This document shows positions 36,951 through 47,313 of a stretch of 64,000 bases of DNA, in pieces. This DNA is from an uncultured Planctomycetaceae bacterium. Lineage in GTDB: Bacteria > Planctomycetota > Planctomycetia > Planctomycetales > Planctomycetaceae. The stretch is from positions 1-64,000 of the forward strand of contig CAXBME010000022.1 in the NCBI GenBank assembly GCA_963976765.1, in the 5' to 3' direction. The position numbers and the translations under genes are program-made. The notes beneath the pieces were generated by a model, which saw only the letters and a program-made list of their open reading frames with translations, searched no databases and was not told the DNA's origin. How positions within the stretch are numbered: position 1 is the stretch's first letter; each line of letters starts with the position of its first letter.

Positions 36951-39647
36951 TCAGCCTTGTGCCGACGCTGCCGAACTCGTACTGGCCTGCTGTCGCAATC
37001 CGTCCACTTCCTGTTTCAGCTGATCCAGCGATGCGCGTCCCTGTTCGAACTCCTGTTTCGCGGCTGCGGTCCTGGCTTGAACAGGAGCAGCAGCAGCCTG
37101 TTCGGCCTGCAACTGCTTCGTGGCTTCCGCCACAACAGCCTGCGACGCGGTAACTTTCTGATCAGCAGCTGTAACTTCCTGCTGCATGACGGCCAACGAT
37201 TTGTCGAGTTCAGTGACCGTTGCCTTTATCTGTGCCATCGTCGCGTTGTTGCGATCCAGCGCTGCCTTCAACTGAGCAGCGGCACCAGCCAGTTCCTTGT
37301 CATCCGGAAGTGCCGCGGCGGCAACAGCGCCTTTGGCGACAGCATCCTGCAGCATTGGAACGGCCTTTTCTCGAACACCGATCTGGGCGACTTGAGCTGC
37401 CTTCTCAGCCTGCATCTGAGCAAGCTTCTGCCTGGCGGCAGCCGCAGCATCGCTCGATACTTTTTCGGCCTGTTGGGCAGCAGTAACCGCAGCCTGTGCC
37501 TGACTGACCTTGCTCATCATTTCTTTCAGCTCGGCATCAGCATCCAGAAACGCAATTTCCAATGAACTGAACTGCGTCTGTCGTTCCTTAAGGGCGACAA
37601 GTTTCGCAGTAAATTGAATCTCATCCTGCCATCTGGCAACCGTTTTTTTTGCCGTTGCTGCGGCAGCATTTGCAGCGTCAAGAGCTGCCTTGGCTTCGGC
37701 CGCTTTCTTCTGCTCAGCAGCCAGAGTGGCGGTGTACTGAGTGACTTGAGCCTGAGTAGCCACAATCAGAGCCTTCGTATCAGCGATCTGCTTTGTACCA
37801 GCTGCCACTGCGGCATTGGCTGCGGTCATCTTGGCTGCTTCGGCGGTGACTGTTCCAGTCGCTGCAACCAGTGAGCTTTCACGAGCTGCCGATAAGGTCT
37901 TCAATTGTTCGACTGCCTTAACGACATCCTGATCAGCAGATGCCAGTTTAGCCGCTGCATCAGCCTTGGCTGCCGCTTCCTTCAGAACAGGTACCAGCGG
38001 TTTTAAGGTCGCCACAACTTGCGCCGCGGCATCATGCGCGGCCTTTGCATCAGCCGCAGCCTTTTGATCGACAACCAACTTTGCCGCCAGTGCCTTTTCC
38101 TGAGCTGTCGCATCGGCCACTTTTTTCGTGGCATCGGCCAGCTGTGCTGTCACAGCAGCGACTTGAGCCTGAACCGCAGCGTAAGCCGCTTCCTTTGCCT
38201 TCTGGTCGGCCTCAACCTTACCAACGTCGGCCTGTGCCAGTGCCAGACGCGACTCCAGTGTGATTGGGTTTGTCGACAGTTCTCCCAGCCGTGTGCCATC
38301 AGCGGCATTCCAGGCTCGAACAAGTCCGGTCCAGTCCCCACCGATCACTCGCTTCGTCTCGTCGCAATAGGCTGTCGCCAGTGCCAGATCTCCAAAGGCT
38401 TCGAACGTGCGGATGGCCGTGCCGTCGCCCTTCCAGAGTTTGACCGTTTTGTCGCGTCCGGCGGTCACGATTTCTCCGTCCCGAGTGAAATCAACCGACT
38501 CAGTACCGCCACCATGAGCGCCCCAGTTCTTGATCTGGGCGCCATTCTCCATCTCCCACAAACGAACAGTCGCATCTTCACTGGCCGAGGCCAGCACATT
38601 CGAGTCAGCTCGCCACGAGAATGAGCTGATGCGGGCAGTATGACCTTTGAGCCCCAGGTACTCTCGCCCGGTGTCTGCTTCCCATACAAAAACGCCACCG
38701 TTGCGATCCCCGGTGCTGAGAAGAACGCCATCAGGACTGAACGACACTGCCGTCACCCAGTCGGTGTGCTTGCGAATTTCGTAGACAACTTCGCTGGTTT
38801 CGGTCGAATAGACGCGAACAACTTTCGACGGCCCCCCCAATGCAATGAATCGATGGTCGGAACTGATGTCAGCTCCGAGCACCGCGTCCAGCTCGTCGCC
38901 AATTTCGAAGATTCGCTCTCCGTTCTTCACATTGAAAACGACGACCCGACCCGCCGCTGCTCCCTGACCGCCGCCAGCCAATAGAAGGTGCCCGCTTCGG
39001 CTGAACTTGAGGACCTGAGGTTCACCTTCAGGAAAAGCCAGAGTGCCTGCGAGCTCCAGAGTCTGTGTGTTGTAAAGTAGAATCTGTTTCTGGCCCGAGA
39101 TTGCGACCAGTGGTGCCCAGGGACTTGTCGCAATGGAGTTAACTGCAGTGGTACGTTCGGTATGGACGACTGGCTGTAGAGAAAGTCGCGTCGGTAGTGG
39201 CGGTGGCCCTTCGGGACGCCCGGTTGAGCCAAACGACAACGCGAATTCCATTTTCGCTTTCGGGCGAATGACTGCTTTACTGTCTTTGGTATCCAGAGCC
39301 CCGCCGGCAATCCACGCCTTGATCACAGAAAGCATCTCGTCCGGAAGCTTGTCCGAATTCGGTGGCATGTAGGGTTCGGAGTCGTGGTTGACGACCATCC
39401 ACAGATAGCTGTTGTCTGTATCACCAGCGGCGACAACTTCACCAGAGCTGCCGCCCTGCTGCATTGCCGTGTAGTTGGTCAGGTCCAGCCCGCCGCTCTT
39501 CTTGTCCGGATTATGACAAGCGAAACACTTGGCACGGAAAATCGGCTGAACATGGTCAGCGTAAGTGATTTTCTCATCAGCAGCCTGAGCGGACGCTGAA
39601 ACCAAAAACAGAATGCTTGCTGTTAAAGCCAGTCGAGAAGGAAGCAT
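36951..39647 (-). CDS. Secreted planctomycete cytochrome c + WD40 + long Ala/Lys coiled-coil protein
   Basis: Signal peptide, CFACH haem motif with MPP, WD40 repeats (HTDWV, GHT...VRLW), ~430-aa helical tail. Confidence 0.88.
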   Translation of the reverse strand: MLPSRLALTASILFLVSASAQAADEKITYADHVQPIFRAKCFACHNPDKKSGGLDLTNYTAMQQGGSSGEVVAAGDTDNSYLWMVVNHDSEPYMPPNSDKLPDEMLSVIKAWIAGGALDTKDSKAVIRPKAKMEFALSFGSTGRPEGPPPLPTRLSLQPVVHTERTTAVNSIATSPWAPLVAISGQKQILLYNTQTLELAGTLAFPEGEPQVLKFSRSGHLLLAGGGQGAAAGRVVVFNVKNGERIFEIGDELDAVLGADISSDHRFIALGGPSKVVRVYSTETSEVVYEIRKHTDWVTAVSFSPDGVLLSTGDRNGGVFVWEADTGREYLGLKGHTARISSFSWRADSNVLASASEDATVRLWEMENGAQIKNWGAHGGGTESVDFTRDGEIVTAGRDKTVKLWKGDGTAIRTFEAFGDLALATAYCDETKRVIGGDWTGLVRAWNAADGTRLGELSTNPITLESRLALAQADVGKVEADQKAKEAAYAAVQAQVAAVTAQLADATKKVADATAQEKALAAKLVVDQKAAADAKAAHDAAAQVVATLKPLVPVLKEAAAKADAAAKLASADQDVVKAVEQLKTLSAARESSLVAATGTVTAEAAKMTAANAAVAAGTKQIADTKALIVATQAQVTQYTATLAAEQKKAAEAKAALDAANAAAATAKKTVARWQDEIQFTAKLVALKERQTQFSSLEIAFLDADAELKEMMSKVSQAQAAVTAAQQAEKVSSDAAAAARQKLAQMQAEKAAQVAQIGVREKAVPMLQDAVAKGAVAAAALPDDKELAGAAAQLKAALDRNNATMAQIKATVTELDKSLAVMQQEVTAADQKVTASQAVVAEATKQLQAEQAAAAPVQARTAAAKQEFEQGRASLDQLKQEVDGLRQQASTSSAASAQG

Positions 39648-39788
39648 GGCAGTCTCCGGACGCTAATGTCGAGAACTGAATCGGGTGGGGTGAGAGCCGC
39701 ATGGAGCAGCTCATTGGTGGGCGGGATTTAGCACACCGAACTAATGTAGTTCAGGCAGGGCCGGACGGAGCCGTGCGAAGCCAAAAAA

Positions 39789-42221
39789 TCAATGGTTAAA
39801 AACGAACTCGCGTGAATTCATGGTCGCCCAGAAGATGTCTTCCAGAGCTTGCTGTTTATTCGGTTCATTGTCGACGACCTCTTTCAAGGCAGCTTGTTCC
39901 CGGTCAGTCGGTCTGCGACTCAGACAACGAATGTAGATTTCTTCGGCAACCTGTTCCGGAGTCTTCCCTTCAGCCAACCGTGTTGGCACCAGCTTTCCCT
40001 GAGCCATCTTTGCGTTGACTGTATCACCATTCAGCAGGTGCAATGCCTGCGACAGATTTGGTTCAATCGATACCTCACACGAGCACACGGTCTCTCGCTT
40101 TGCTCGACCAAATGCTGTCAGGAAATAGGTGGACGTGTTGCCGTTGGCAATCTGGACAGCACGGGCTCCGGTTGGCAGGCCCTGGAACTTGTTCTTCGTA
40201 TCTGTCACCTGAGTAATTGCGTCAAGGAGTACTTCGGCACGAACTCGGCGAAGAGCTGCGTGTGAGAAGTTTCGGTCATCCTTTGCATTGGTTTCATTCG
40301 TCGCTGTCGAGTGCTGGTAAACACGCGAAACGCAGATGTCACGAACAAGCTTCTTGAAGTCGTAATTATATTCTGTGAATCGTCGCCCCAGCTCATCGAG
40401 CAGTTCTTTATTGACTGGCGGATTCGACACTCGCACGTCGTCGACCTGATCGATGATTCCCTTCCCAAAGAAGTGAGCCCAGACGATGTTGGCCAGGTTC
40501 GTCGCAAAGTATGGGTTCTGAGGAGACGCCAGCCAGTCAGCCATGACGACTCGCCGATCTTTGCCTTTAACGTCGGGAACTTCTCCACCGAGAAACTTTG
40601 GAGCCATCACTCGATTATCAACGAGATGCCGGACATCCCCACCACCGCTGTTGTAGATAATCAGTTCGCGTGGGTCTTCTCCTCGCTTGCGTCCAATTTG
40701 CGAAAAGAACGCCGCGAAACTGTAATAGTCATCCATCGTCCAACGGTCGAAGGGATGATTGTGACACTGGGCACACTGGATTCTCATACCCATGAAGACC
40801 TGAGCAACGTTCTCAGCAGTTTTCAGAGTGTCTCGTTCATTCTGGTAGTAGTTGGTCGCGGCGTTCTGAAAAGTACCACCACTCGAACCGAGAAGTTCGC
40901 GAACCATCTGATCGGTCGGCATATTGCTCGCGATACGTTCCTGCAGCCAGTTGTAGTATCGCAACATCGACTTGTAACTGATTTGGTTCGTCGTGCGGAT
41001 CTGAAGCAGTTCCGCCCATTTCATGACCCAGACTTCGACGAACTCTTTTCGATTCAGCAGTTCATCAACAAGTTTTTCCCGCTTCTTTTCATCTTTGTCT
41101 TCCATGAACCGAACATACTCTTCGACGGTTGGCAAGACGCCAACAATGTCAAGATGTGCTCGTCGCAGGAATTCTTCATCTGTACACAACCCGGACGGAG
41201 TAATTCTGAGCTTTCTCAACTTGTTGTAGATCAGTGTGTCAACGAAATTGAATTCAGGAGTTTTCGGGTCAACATATTGCTGGCCTTTCGGCAGCGTGAT
41301 GAACTGGCGCCCGACGGTGTGGGTTTCAAACCGTGCCATGATGAACGACTCACCACGCTCGTGAGCAGTCACGAGACCTTCAGGCGAAACGGTCGCTGCT
41401 GTGTCGTTGTTGGAAAGAAACACCGCAAGGTTCGTGACATCGCGGTCAGTTCCGTCCGAATACTTAGCGCGGACCGTCAACTGTTGAGTAGCGTCCGCTC
41501 CATCCAGAACAGCAGCCGGTGGATAAAGCTCGACGGAAAGAACCTGCGGAATCTCACCGACATCGTTGTTTCCGCCCGTCTGGAGCCAGCGAAGCATTGT
41601 GGCGTAATATTCGGTGTCGGTACCGAAGCGTTTTCCGCCGGTATGCGGCACTGAACCAACCGACTTGGTCATCAAGAGACTTTCCTCAGGCAACGCCAGG
41701 TTCATACGACGGCCAGGGAGTTCTCGGGAAATTCGATAGTGATCCCCATCCGGATCAAAACCAAACAGCGACAATCGGAATCCATCTTTGCCACGAGCTG
41801 CCCCATGACAGCTGCCGGTGTTGCAGTTTGCCTTCATGAAGATTGGCATGATGTCCAGCTTGAAACTAACCGGACGGTCAGCGGTGGCCTGTTCGATTTT
41901 TATCGGGATCGTCTTCGATAGCCCTTCGAATTCGACCGTAAGCTGGCTTTCGCCATCCGCAACAGGATGGAGAACGTTTGCAGCCAGCTTTACCTTGCCG
42001 GCGTCACTCAGTGTCAGCTTTGCCTGCTTCGTCACATCCAGCGTCAACCCGTTTGGATAGGTGGCCTGCGCGACGAACGACTGTCGGTCGCGCATCGTGT
42101 TGATATGGACTTCGGTCGGATAGACCTCAAGCGAAATCGGTTTGTCCTGAGCATTCACCGAAGGCGACAAAACAGACGCGACAATCGCAACCGCAACAGT
42201 CCACAACTGGGAACGAAGCAT
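39789..42221 (-). CDS. DUF1549/DUF1553 (PSCyt2/PSD1) protein with Ig-like domains
   Basis: Signal peptide, CNTGSCH, DEEFLRR, CAQCHNHPFDRW, NPYFA, AEVLLDAI. Confidence 0.9.
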   Translation of the reverse strand: MLRSQLWTVAVAIVASVLSPSVNAQDKPISLEVYPTEVHINTMRDRQSFVAQATYPNGLTLDVTKQAKLTLSDAGKVKLAANVLHPVADGESQLTVEFEGLSKTIPIKIEQATADRPVSFKLDIMPIFMKANCNTGSCHGAARGKDGFRLSLFGFDPDGDHYRISRELPGRRMNLALPEESLLMTKSVGSVPHTGGKRFGTDTEYYATMLRWLQTGGNNDVGEIPQVLSVELYPPAAVLDGADATQQLTVRAKYSDGTDRDVTNLAVFLSNNDTAATVSPEGLVTAHERGESFIMARFETHTVGRQFITLPKGQQYVDPKTPEFNFVDTLIYNKLRKLRITPSGLCTDEEFLRRAHLDIVGVLPTVEEYVRFMEDKDEKKREKLVDELLNRKEFVEVWVMKWAELLQIRTTNQISYKSMLRYYNWLQERIASNMPTDQMVRELLGSSGGTFQNAATNYYQNERDTLKTAENVAQVFMGMRIQCAQCHNHPFDRWTMDDYYSFAAFFSQIGRKRGEDPRELIIYNSGGGDVRHLVDNRVMAPKFLGGEVPDVKGKDRRVVMADWLASPQNPYFATNLANIVWAHFFGKGIIDQVDDVRVSNPPVNKELLDELGRRFTEYNYDFKKLVRDICVSRVYQHSTATNETNAKDDRNFSHAALRRVRAEVLLDAITQVTDTKNKFQGLPTGARAVQIANGNTSTYFLTAFGRAKRETVCSCEVSIEPNLSQALHLLNGDTVNAKMAQGKLVPTRLAEGKTPEQVAEEIYIRCLSRRPTDREQAALKEVVDNEPNKQQALEDIFWATMNSREFVFNH

Positions 42222-42317
42222 GGCGGAAATCCTTTAGTTGCACGGCGGCAAATATCAAAAATCAATTTAACAGCTGACTGGTAGAACAAACGCAGCGTTG
42301 ATCAAGAACAGCTTCGA

Positions 42318-44777
42318 CTATTTTCCGGCTGCGGCAGCCTTCGCTTTCTCCAGTCGGAGCATTTCGAGCCGAGTCAGTCTTCGCGGCGGAGCCTCTACGA
42401 CTGGTTTCGGAGCAGGCTTGGCTTCCGCAACTGCCGCAGGTTTTGGTTCCGGCTTTGGCTCGACCTTCGGCGGCAACGGCTTATCGACTCGCAGTTCCGT
42501 GGAACCGACGTTGTGGACAATAGATTCGCCGTTCATCGTAATCGTGATCTGTCCGAAGACACTTTTGTGTCGACCGGCCGGAGTCGTCGCATCGGTCTTC
42601 ACCTTGAATATGACCTCTTCGGTGTCTTTCGTGAAGTTTATTGGCTCGGCAACAGCTTTGTTCGGCAATCCAAACACTTGAGCTACCGCTTCACCAGAAA
42701 ACTCCTTCGTCTGCGTCAGTTTGCAGACAATTTCCGTTTCCTGGCCCTGATCACAAGCCGTACGACTCATCGCAAACGTTACGAACGGCTCGGAAATTTC
42801 AAGAGGCGCGAGAGCGGATGACGCGAAAGCGTTCCCTCCATCGACAGCTGCCCAACCAACCGCGAAGACTTTCCAGACTCCAACAGCGGCATTTCCATTG
42901 GCATTGAGCGGATAAAACCCTTCTGTCTTGCCTTTTGGAATCTGGATCGAACTGCCGGCTCCCAGCCCTGGTGGACGGAACGGAAACTGAACGGTGATTG
43001 TTTCATCCCATCCTTCTTTTTTAGTGGCGACGATTTTCAACTGCATCGATCCATTGCGAGCAACAGGAACCTTCGGAACGACGATATCCAGTTTGAATGG
43101 AATCTCATCAACCACGGCGATTGGGAGTTTGTCCACAGTCTTCGTGTAGTAAAGAGACTGCCCTGGTGCCCCATAAACGAAATCCGACGTGTTGGTGAAC
43201 CCGCCATTGATTTCAGGATTCTCAGCGTGGTGAGCCGTGAAATCGTAAAGCCCGCCGCCAAGAGGAGCATCGGCCGCGGCCTCAAAAACGACTGGCATGA
43301 CACTCATGTTGGCAGGCACTTTGTCATGGTGCATCGTTATTCCAGCCGGCAGTTCCTTAGGAGCAAGAACGAGCTCGCCGCCGAAGTTTCGGCGAGCAAG
43401 ATTGATGTTCGTTCCGAAACGATTGCCCTTGCCGACGAAAATCTGCTGTCGGTACTGACCGTAGCGTTCAGACCGGGCGATACTCAGGTCCAGACCGGGC
43501 TTGATCGGATGAAACTCGACCCGGTAAACGAAGTCCGGCCCGCCACGTCGAAGATGATCAGTAATTCGTAGCGTGTACTCACCGTCAGCAGGGACGTTGA
43601 ACCGGAAGTAGCTGTCCGGCCCTCGTGAATCGTCGTTGGCGGCGATCTGCCCGCCCTTGTCATTGTAAAGGTACATCACCGGATCAATCGCGGACCGAAT
43701 GCGACGACCGTAACACTCGACTTCAAACTGCTGCCCCTTCGTTGCCGTAAACTTGAAGTAATCTTCATCGCCAGCTGCCTGAAGAATTCCGTTGAAAGCA
43801 GTCGGAAATTCAGCAGGACTCGCCGTCGCACGATCGTTATTCGGTTCAACTTCCATTGAGTTGCTGACGTCGGACAATCGAAAGGTGTTCCAGCTGGGCG
43901 ACCAGTTCCCGTCCGAACCAGCAAAGAGGCCGTATTCTGAAATGACTGCTGCAGGCAGTGTGAACTTCTGAGCAAACTCGCCGGCGGCGTCGCCGATGAA
44001 CTTTACTTCAATTTCCTCGCCGATTTTCCCACCAGCGGGATAGACGGCGGTGGGACGAGGAAAGATGCCAATGTGTGCGCGGTATCGACAGTTACCGTTT
44101 CCTCCATAAGAGCTTTCGCGGACTTCAATGGTGTACTTACCATCTTCCGGAGCAATCGCCGAAACGACGCAGTCCTGCACGAGCAGCGGCGAATCGTCTG
44201 CCGCAGCCAGTTCAAATCGCTTGCCGTCAAGAATCGCCACGTATGGATCGAACAGGGTTGTTCCCAGTCGCATGCCCTCAACTTCAGCCGCAATACGGTC
44301 ACCCTTCTTCGCTTCAACCACGTAGTAGTCGACGTCTTCGGTGTTGGCGACTCCATTCACCGTGACGTTCATTGGAATTTCCTGAGGAGTCGCGAAGTCG
44401 CTGTTCGGTTCTTTTTCGTCGACTTCAGGCATGTACCCGACGAAGAAAGTGCGAAAATCCGAAATACCTGTCTTCGTGCGAACCTGGCAGACCTGCTCTC
44501 CCAGACGAGCGTCCGGAGAAACGCTGATCACTGCTTTGAACGAGTTTGCGTTGACCGGTTTGATTTCTTTGACCGAAAAACCTGGCTCGTAGAACATGAT
44601 CTCTTCTACGTCGGCGAGAAGTCGCCCGCTGAAGGTCAGTTCGGTGTCCTGACCACGCTGAGCGCCTCGAGGAAGAATGGTCGTCAGCCGAGGAGAAGCG
44701 GCCAACAACGTGCTGGCAGAAAGCAGGAGCACAAGGGCCAGTAGCGAACGGAAGGTCCGGAACGCAGGCATATTCAT
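42318..44777 (-). CDS. Secreted PPC (pre-peptidase C-terminal) repeat protein
   Basis: PRGAQRG, EKEPN/EVEPNN and DVDYY/DEDYF repeats. Confidence 0.85.
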   Translation of the reverse strand: MNMPAFRTFRSLLALVLLLSASTLLAASPRLTTILPRGAQRGQDTELTFSGRLLADVEEIMFYEPGFSVKEIKPVNANSFKAVISVSPDARLGEQVCQVRTKTGISDFRTFFVGYMPEVDEKEPNSDFATPQEIPMNVTVNGVANTEDVDYYVVEAKKGDRIAAEVEGMRLGTTLFDPYVAILDGKRFELAAADDSPLLVQDCVVSAIAPEDGKYTIEVRESSYGGNGNCRYRAHIGIFPRPTAVYPAGGKIGEEIEVKFIGDAAGEFAQKFTLPAAVISEYGLFAGSDGNWSPSWNTFRLSDVSNSMEVEPNNDRATASPAEFPTAFNGILQAAGDEDYFKFTATKGQQFEVECYGRRIRSAIDPVMYLYNDKGGQIAANDDSRGPDSYFRFNVPADGEYTLRITDHLRRGGPDFVYRVEFHPIKPGLDLSIARSERYGQYRQQIFVGKGNRFGTNINLARRNFGGELVLAPKELPAGITMHHDKVPANMSVMPVVFEAAADAPLGGGLYDFTAHHAENPEINGGFTNTSDFVYGAPGQSLYYTKTVDKLPIAVVDEIPFKLDIVVPKVPVARNGSMQLKIVATKKEGWDETITVQFPFRPPGLGAGSSIQIPKGKTEGFYPLNANGNAAVGVWKVFAVGWAAVDGGNAFASSALAPLEISEPFVTFAMSRTACDQGQETEIVCKLTQTKEFSGEAVAQVFGLPNKAVAEPINFTKDTEEVIFKVKTDATTPAGRHKSVFGQITITMNGESIVHNVGSTELRVDKPLPPKVEPKPEPKPAAVAEAKPAPKPVVEAPPRRLTRLEMLRLEKAKAAAAGK

Positions 44778-44868
44778 ACCTCTAAATCGCGGGATACTTC
44801 AAAATCGAAACTGCGAATAACACGAGCAGTTCAGCGAAAACCGATACTTGAACAGTCAAAATACGCAT

Positions 44869-44905
44869 GAAGCCCGGCGCCTTTAAAAATCAGACGCCGG
44901 GCTTC
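44869..44905. terminator. Intra-operon stem-loop after DUF1501
   Basis: gaagcccggcg...cgccgggcttc, perfect 11-bp stem; T-tract only on the + side. Confidence 0.6.
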
Positions 44906-44916
44906 TTTTATCTCAA

Positions 44917-46215
44917 TCAGACGAGAAGTTCTCGACGAACTTTCCCGCCGTCGACAATTTCAATAGGTCGATCGCCAGGGGCCATCAGTTCCTTGTCGGC
45001 AACAATCCCCATGGTGTGGTAAATCGTGGTGGCCCAGTCGAGAACACTCAGAGGGTTCTCGTCCGGTTCACTGGCCGTCGCATCGGACGATCCAAAGACG
45101 TAACCGCCTTTCACGCCGCCACCCGCCAATACGACACTGAAGACTTTTGGCCAGTGATCTCGACCAGCGGTTGCATTAATCTTTGGTGTTCGACCAAATT
45201 CAGACGCAATGCAGACCAGAGTTTCTTTAAGAAGGCCTCGATCTTCAAGGTCCGTCAACAGTGCAGCCAGTGCCTGGTCGAGAGATGGCACCTGATTCTT
45301 GATACCGGCTTCAATGCCGTTGTGCATGTCCCAGCCGCCATAGGTCAGGGTCACGAAACGGACTCCTGCTTCGACGAGACGTCGGGCCATCAGCATTCGC
45401 TGACCTGCCTGATTGCGTCCATATCGATCTCGCAACCCACCGTCTTCGGCATCAATGTTGAAAGCTTCACGAGCAGCCGGTGAGCTGATCAGGCTGTAAG
45501 CTCGATCATAGAAGCTGTTCAAGGCGTCAAGATTGTCGGCCTTTTCCTTGGACAGGAAGTGGTCGTTCACTTTGTCCAGGACATTGCGACGAGTCGTGAA
45601 CCGAGCGTCGTCGATGCCACCTGGCAGGTTCAGGTCTCGAACTTTGAATCCGCTGGCAGCCGGGTCTGCCCCCAGGCTAAACGGTGCAAACGACGAGCTG
45701 AGGTATCCGGTCCCGGCGAATTCATTCGGCTGATTCGGAACACAGACGTATGGCGGAAGATTCTTCCGTGGCCCAAGTTCGTGACTGACAACACTGCCCA
45801 TGCTTGGGTACTTCAAGGCTGGACTTGGTCGAGCCCCTGTAAACATGTTGTGAGTGCCACGCTCGTGAGCCGCTTCACCATGGGTCATCGATCGGCAGAT
45901 CGTGATCTTGTCCATGACCTTGGCGGTGTGCTTCATCGTCTCGTTGATACGAATGCCCGAAACGTTAGTCTCGATCGAGCCCATCGGCCCTCGGTATTCG
46001 ATCGGGGCGAACGGCTTGGGATCCCACGTCTCCTGATGAGCACATCCACCGGGAAGGTAAATGTAGATTACATTCTTCGCCGTACCCTCGAAGTTGTCGT
46101 AGGTCTTCAGATCGGCCTGAGCTTTCTGCATCTGGAAATAGTTAGCAAGCGAAAGTCCAACACCACCGGCGAACCCGGCCTGCAGGAATCCACGACGATT
46201 AGTACCAGTGCGCAT
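44917..46215 (-). CDS. DUF1501 family protein, Tat-exported
   Basis: NRRGFLQ Tat motif, GGCAHQETWDPKP, GWDMH, EFGRTPKIN, GRDHW; start ATG 46215. Confidence 0.92.
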   Translation of the reverse strand: MRTGTNRRGFLQAGFAGGVGLSLANYFQMQKAQADLKTYDNFEGTAKNVIYIYLPGGCAHQETWDPKPFAPIEYRGPMGSIETNVSGIRINETMKHTAKVMDKITICRSMTHGEAAHERGTHNMFTGARPSPALKYPSMGSVVSHELGPRKNLPPYVCVPNQPNEFAGTGYLSSSFAPFSLGADPAASGFKVRDLNLPGGIDDARFTTRRNVLDKVNDHFLSKEKADNLDALNSFYDRAYSLISSPAAREAFNIDAEDGGLRDRYGRNQAGQRMLMARRLVEAGVRFVTLTYGGWDMHNGIEAGIKNQVPSLDQALAALLTDLEDRGLLKETLVCIASEFGRTPKINATAGRDHWPKVFSVVLAGGGVKGGYVFGSSDATASEPDENPLSVLDWATTIYHTMGIVADKELMAPGDRPIEIVDGGKVRRELLV

Positions 46216-46654
46216 AAGACACTCTCCTGAAGGTTCACAAACTGAGGGGATTGCGAAATCTGTTTGAGGCTGAATAACACATCCCGGCATACCGGGTTTG
46301 TTCTTAATGCATAAGGTGGGAATCGAAGTTTGGGCACTGCTTGAGCCGCTGAGGGCGGCGGGTGGGAAGCAGCAATCATCCCATCAGAATCGACTTAACT
46401 GTCGCAACAGCAGAGCGAGTTTCAGAAGGATTGTCAAGCTCGGGCCGGACGAACCGCCGTCGCGACTACCGGCCTGTGCCGATTATATCGACATGTCTCG
46501 GCGATCACTGGAATCGAAGGGCGCCAATCAGGACACGACCTGCCATCCGACGTGTCACGTCATATCTTTGACAGTCGTCCGGTTCCGCTGGCAAGTTGCC
46601 TCTTGCATCAGTGCTCTCGACCAAAACTAACGTTATCTGCGAAAGCTTTGAAAT

Positions 46655-47284
46655 ATGTCGAAAACAACTATTCAGACCATCGGACTGCTCATCGGACTGG
46701 CGATCATCGCCGCAGTCGCTCCGCTGCTGTGGAAGCTTGACACGCTTGACCAGTCGCGAGCCGGGCTGCAACTCGGAGCGACCATGCCTCCAATAACCAG
46801 CGTTGAAGGATGGCTGAACGGCGACGGTCCGACATCGGAGGATCTTCAGGGAAAAGTGGTCTTCGTCAATGGGTGGTTTCTGAACTGCCCGTACTGTCAC
46901 GAAGGAATGCCGGACCTCGTTGACCTCTACGACAAGTACCACGACAAAGGCGTCGTCTTTATCGGGATGACTTCGGACGATTCCGAAAGTGTGAAGAACG
47001 TCGAAAAGTTTCTCGATAAGTACAAAGTCGAATGGCCCAACGCTTACGGAGCCACCGAAGCGCTCATCGCGTTCAGAGCCCAATACTTCCCCGGCTACTG
47101 GCTGATTGGCCGGGATGGAAAAGTCGTCTGGAACAAAGCGTTGCAGGGGCGAGTGCCCATTCAAGCGGCCATCGAACAGGCGCTGGCTGCGAAAGCTCCC
47201 ACCGCTCAGACATCGCCCGCCGAGCAACCAGCAGCGCCAGCCAGCCCGGAAATCGAAGAGCAACCGGCCACAGCTCAGCTTTGA
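46655..47284 (+). CDS. TlpA/ResA-like membrane-anchored thiol-disulfide oxidoreductase
   Basis: N-terminal TM, WFLNCPYC, FP..WLIGRDG. Confidence 0.85.
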   Translation: MSKTTIQTIGLLIGLAIIAAVAPLLWKLDTLDQSRAGLQLGATMPPITSVEGWLNGDGPTSEDLQGKVVFVNGWFLNCPYCHEGMPDLVDLYDKYHDKGVVFIGMTSDDSESVKNVEKFLDKYKVEWPNAYGATEALIAFRAQYFPGYWLIGRDGKVVWNKALQGRVPIQAAIEQALAAKAPTAQTSPAEQPAAPASPEIEEQPATAQL

Positions 47285-47313
47285 TTCTGAGTTGCCAGCC
47301 GACTTGACACTTC

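Noticed and set aside
40311..41654. Long antisense ORFs (also 4815-5747, 53885-54937, 55757-56746)
   Set aside because: Shadow frames of confident opposite-strand genes in GC-rich DNA.
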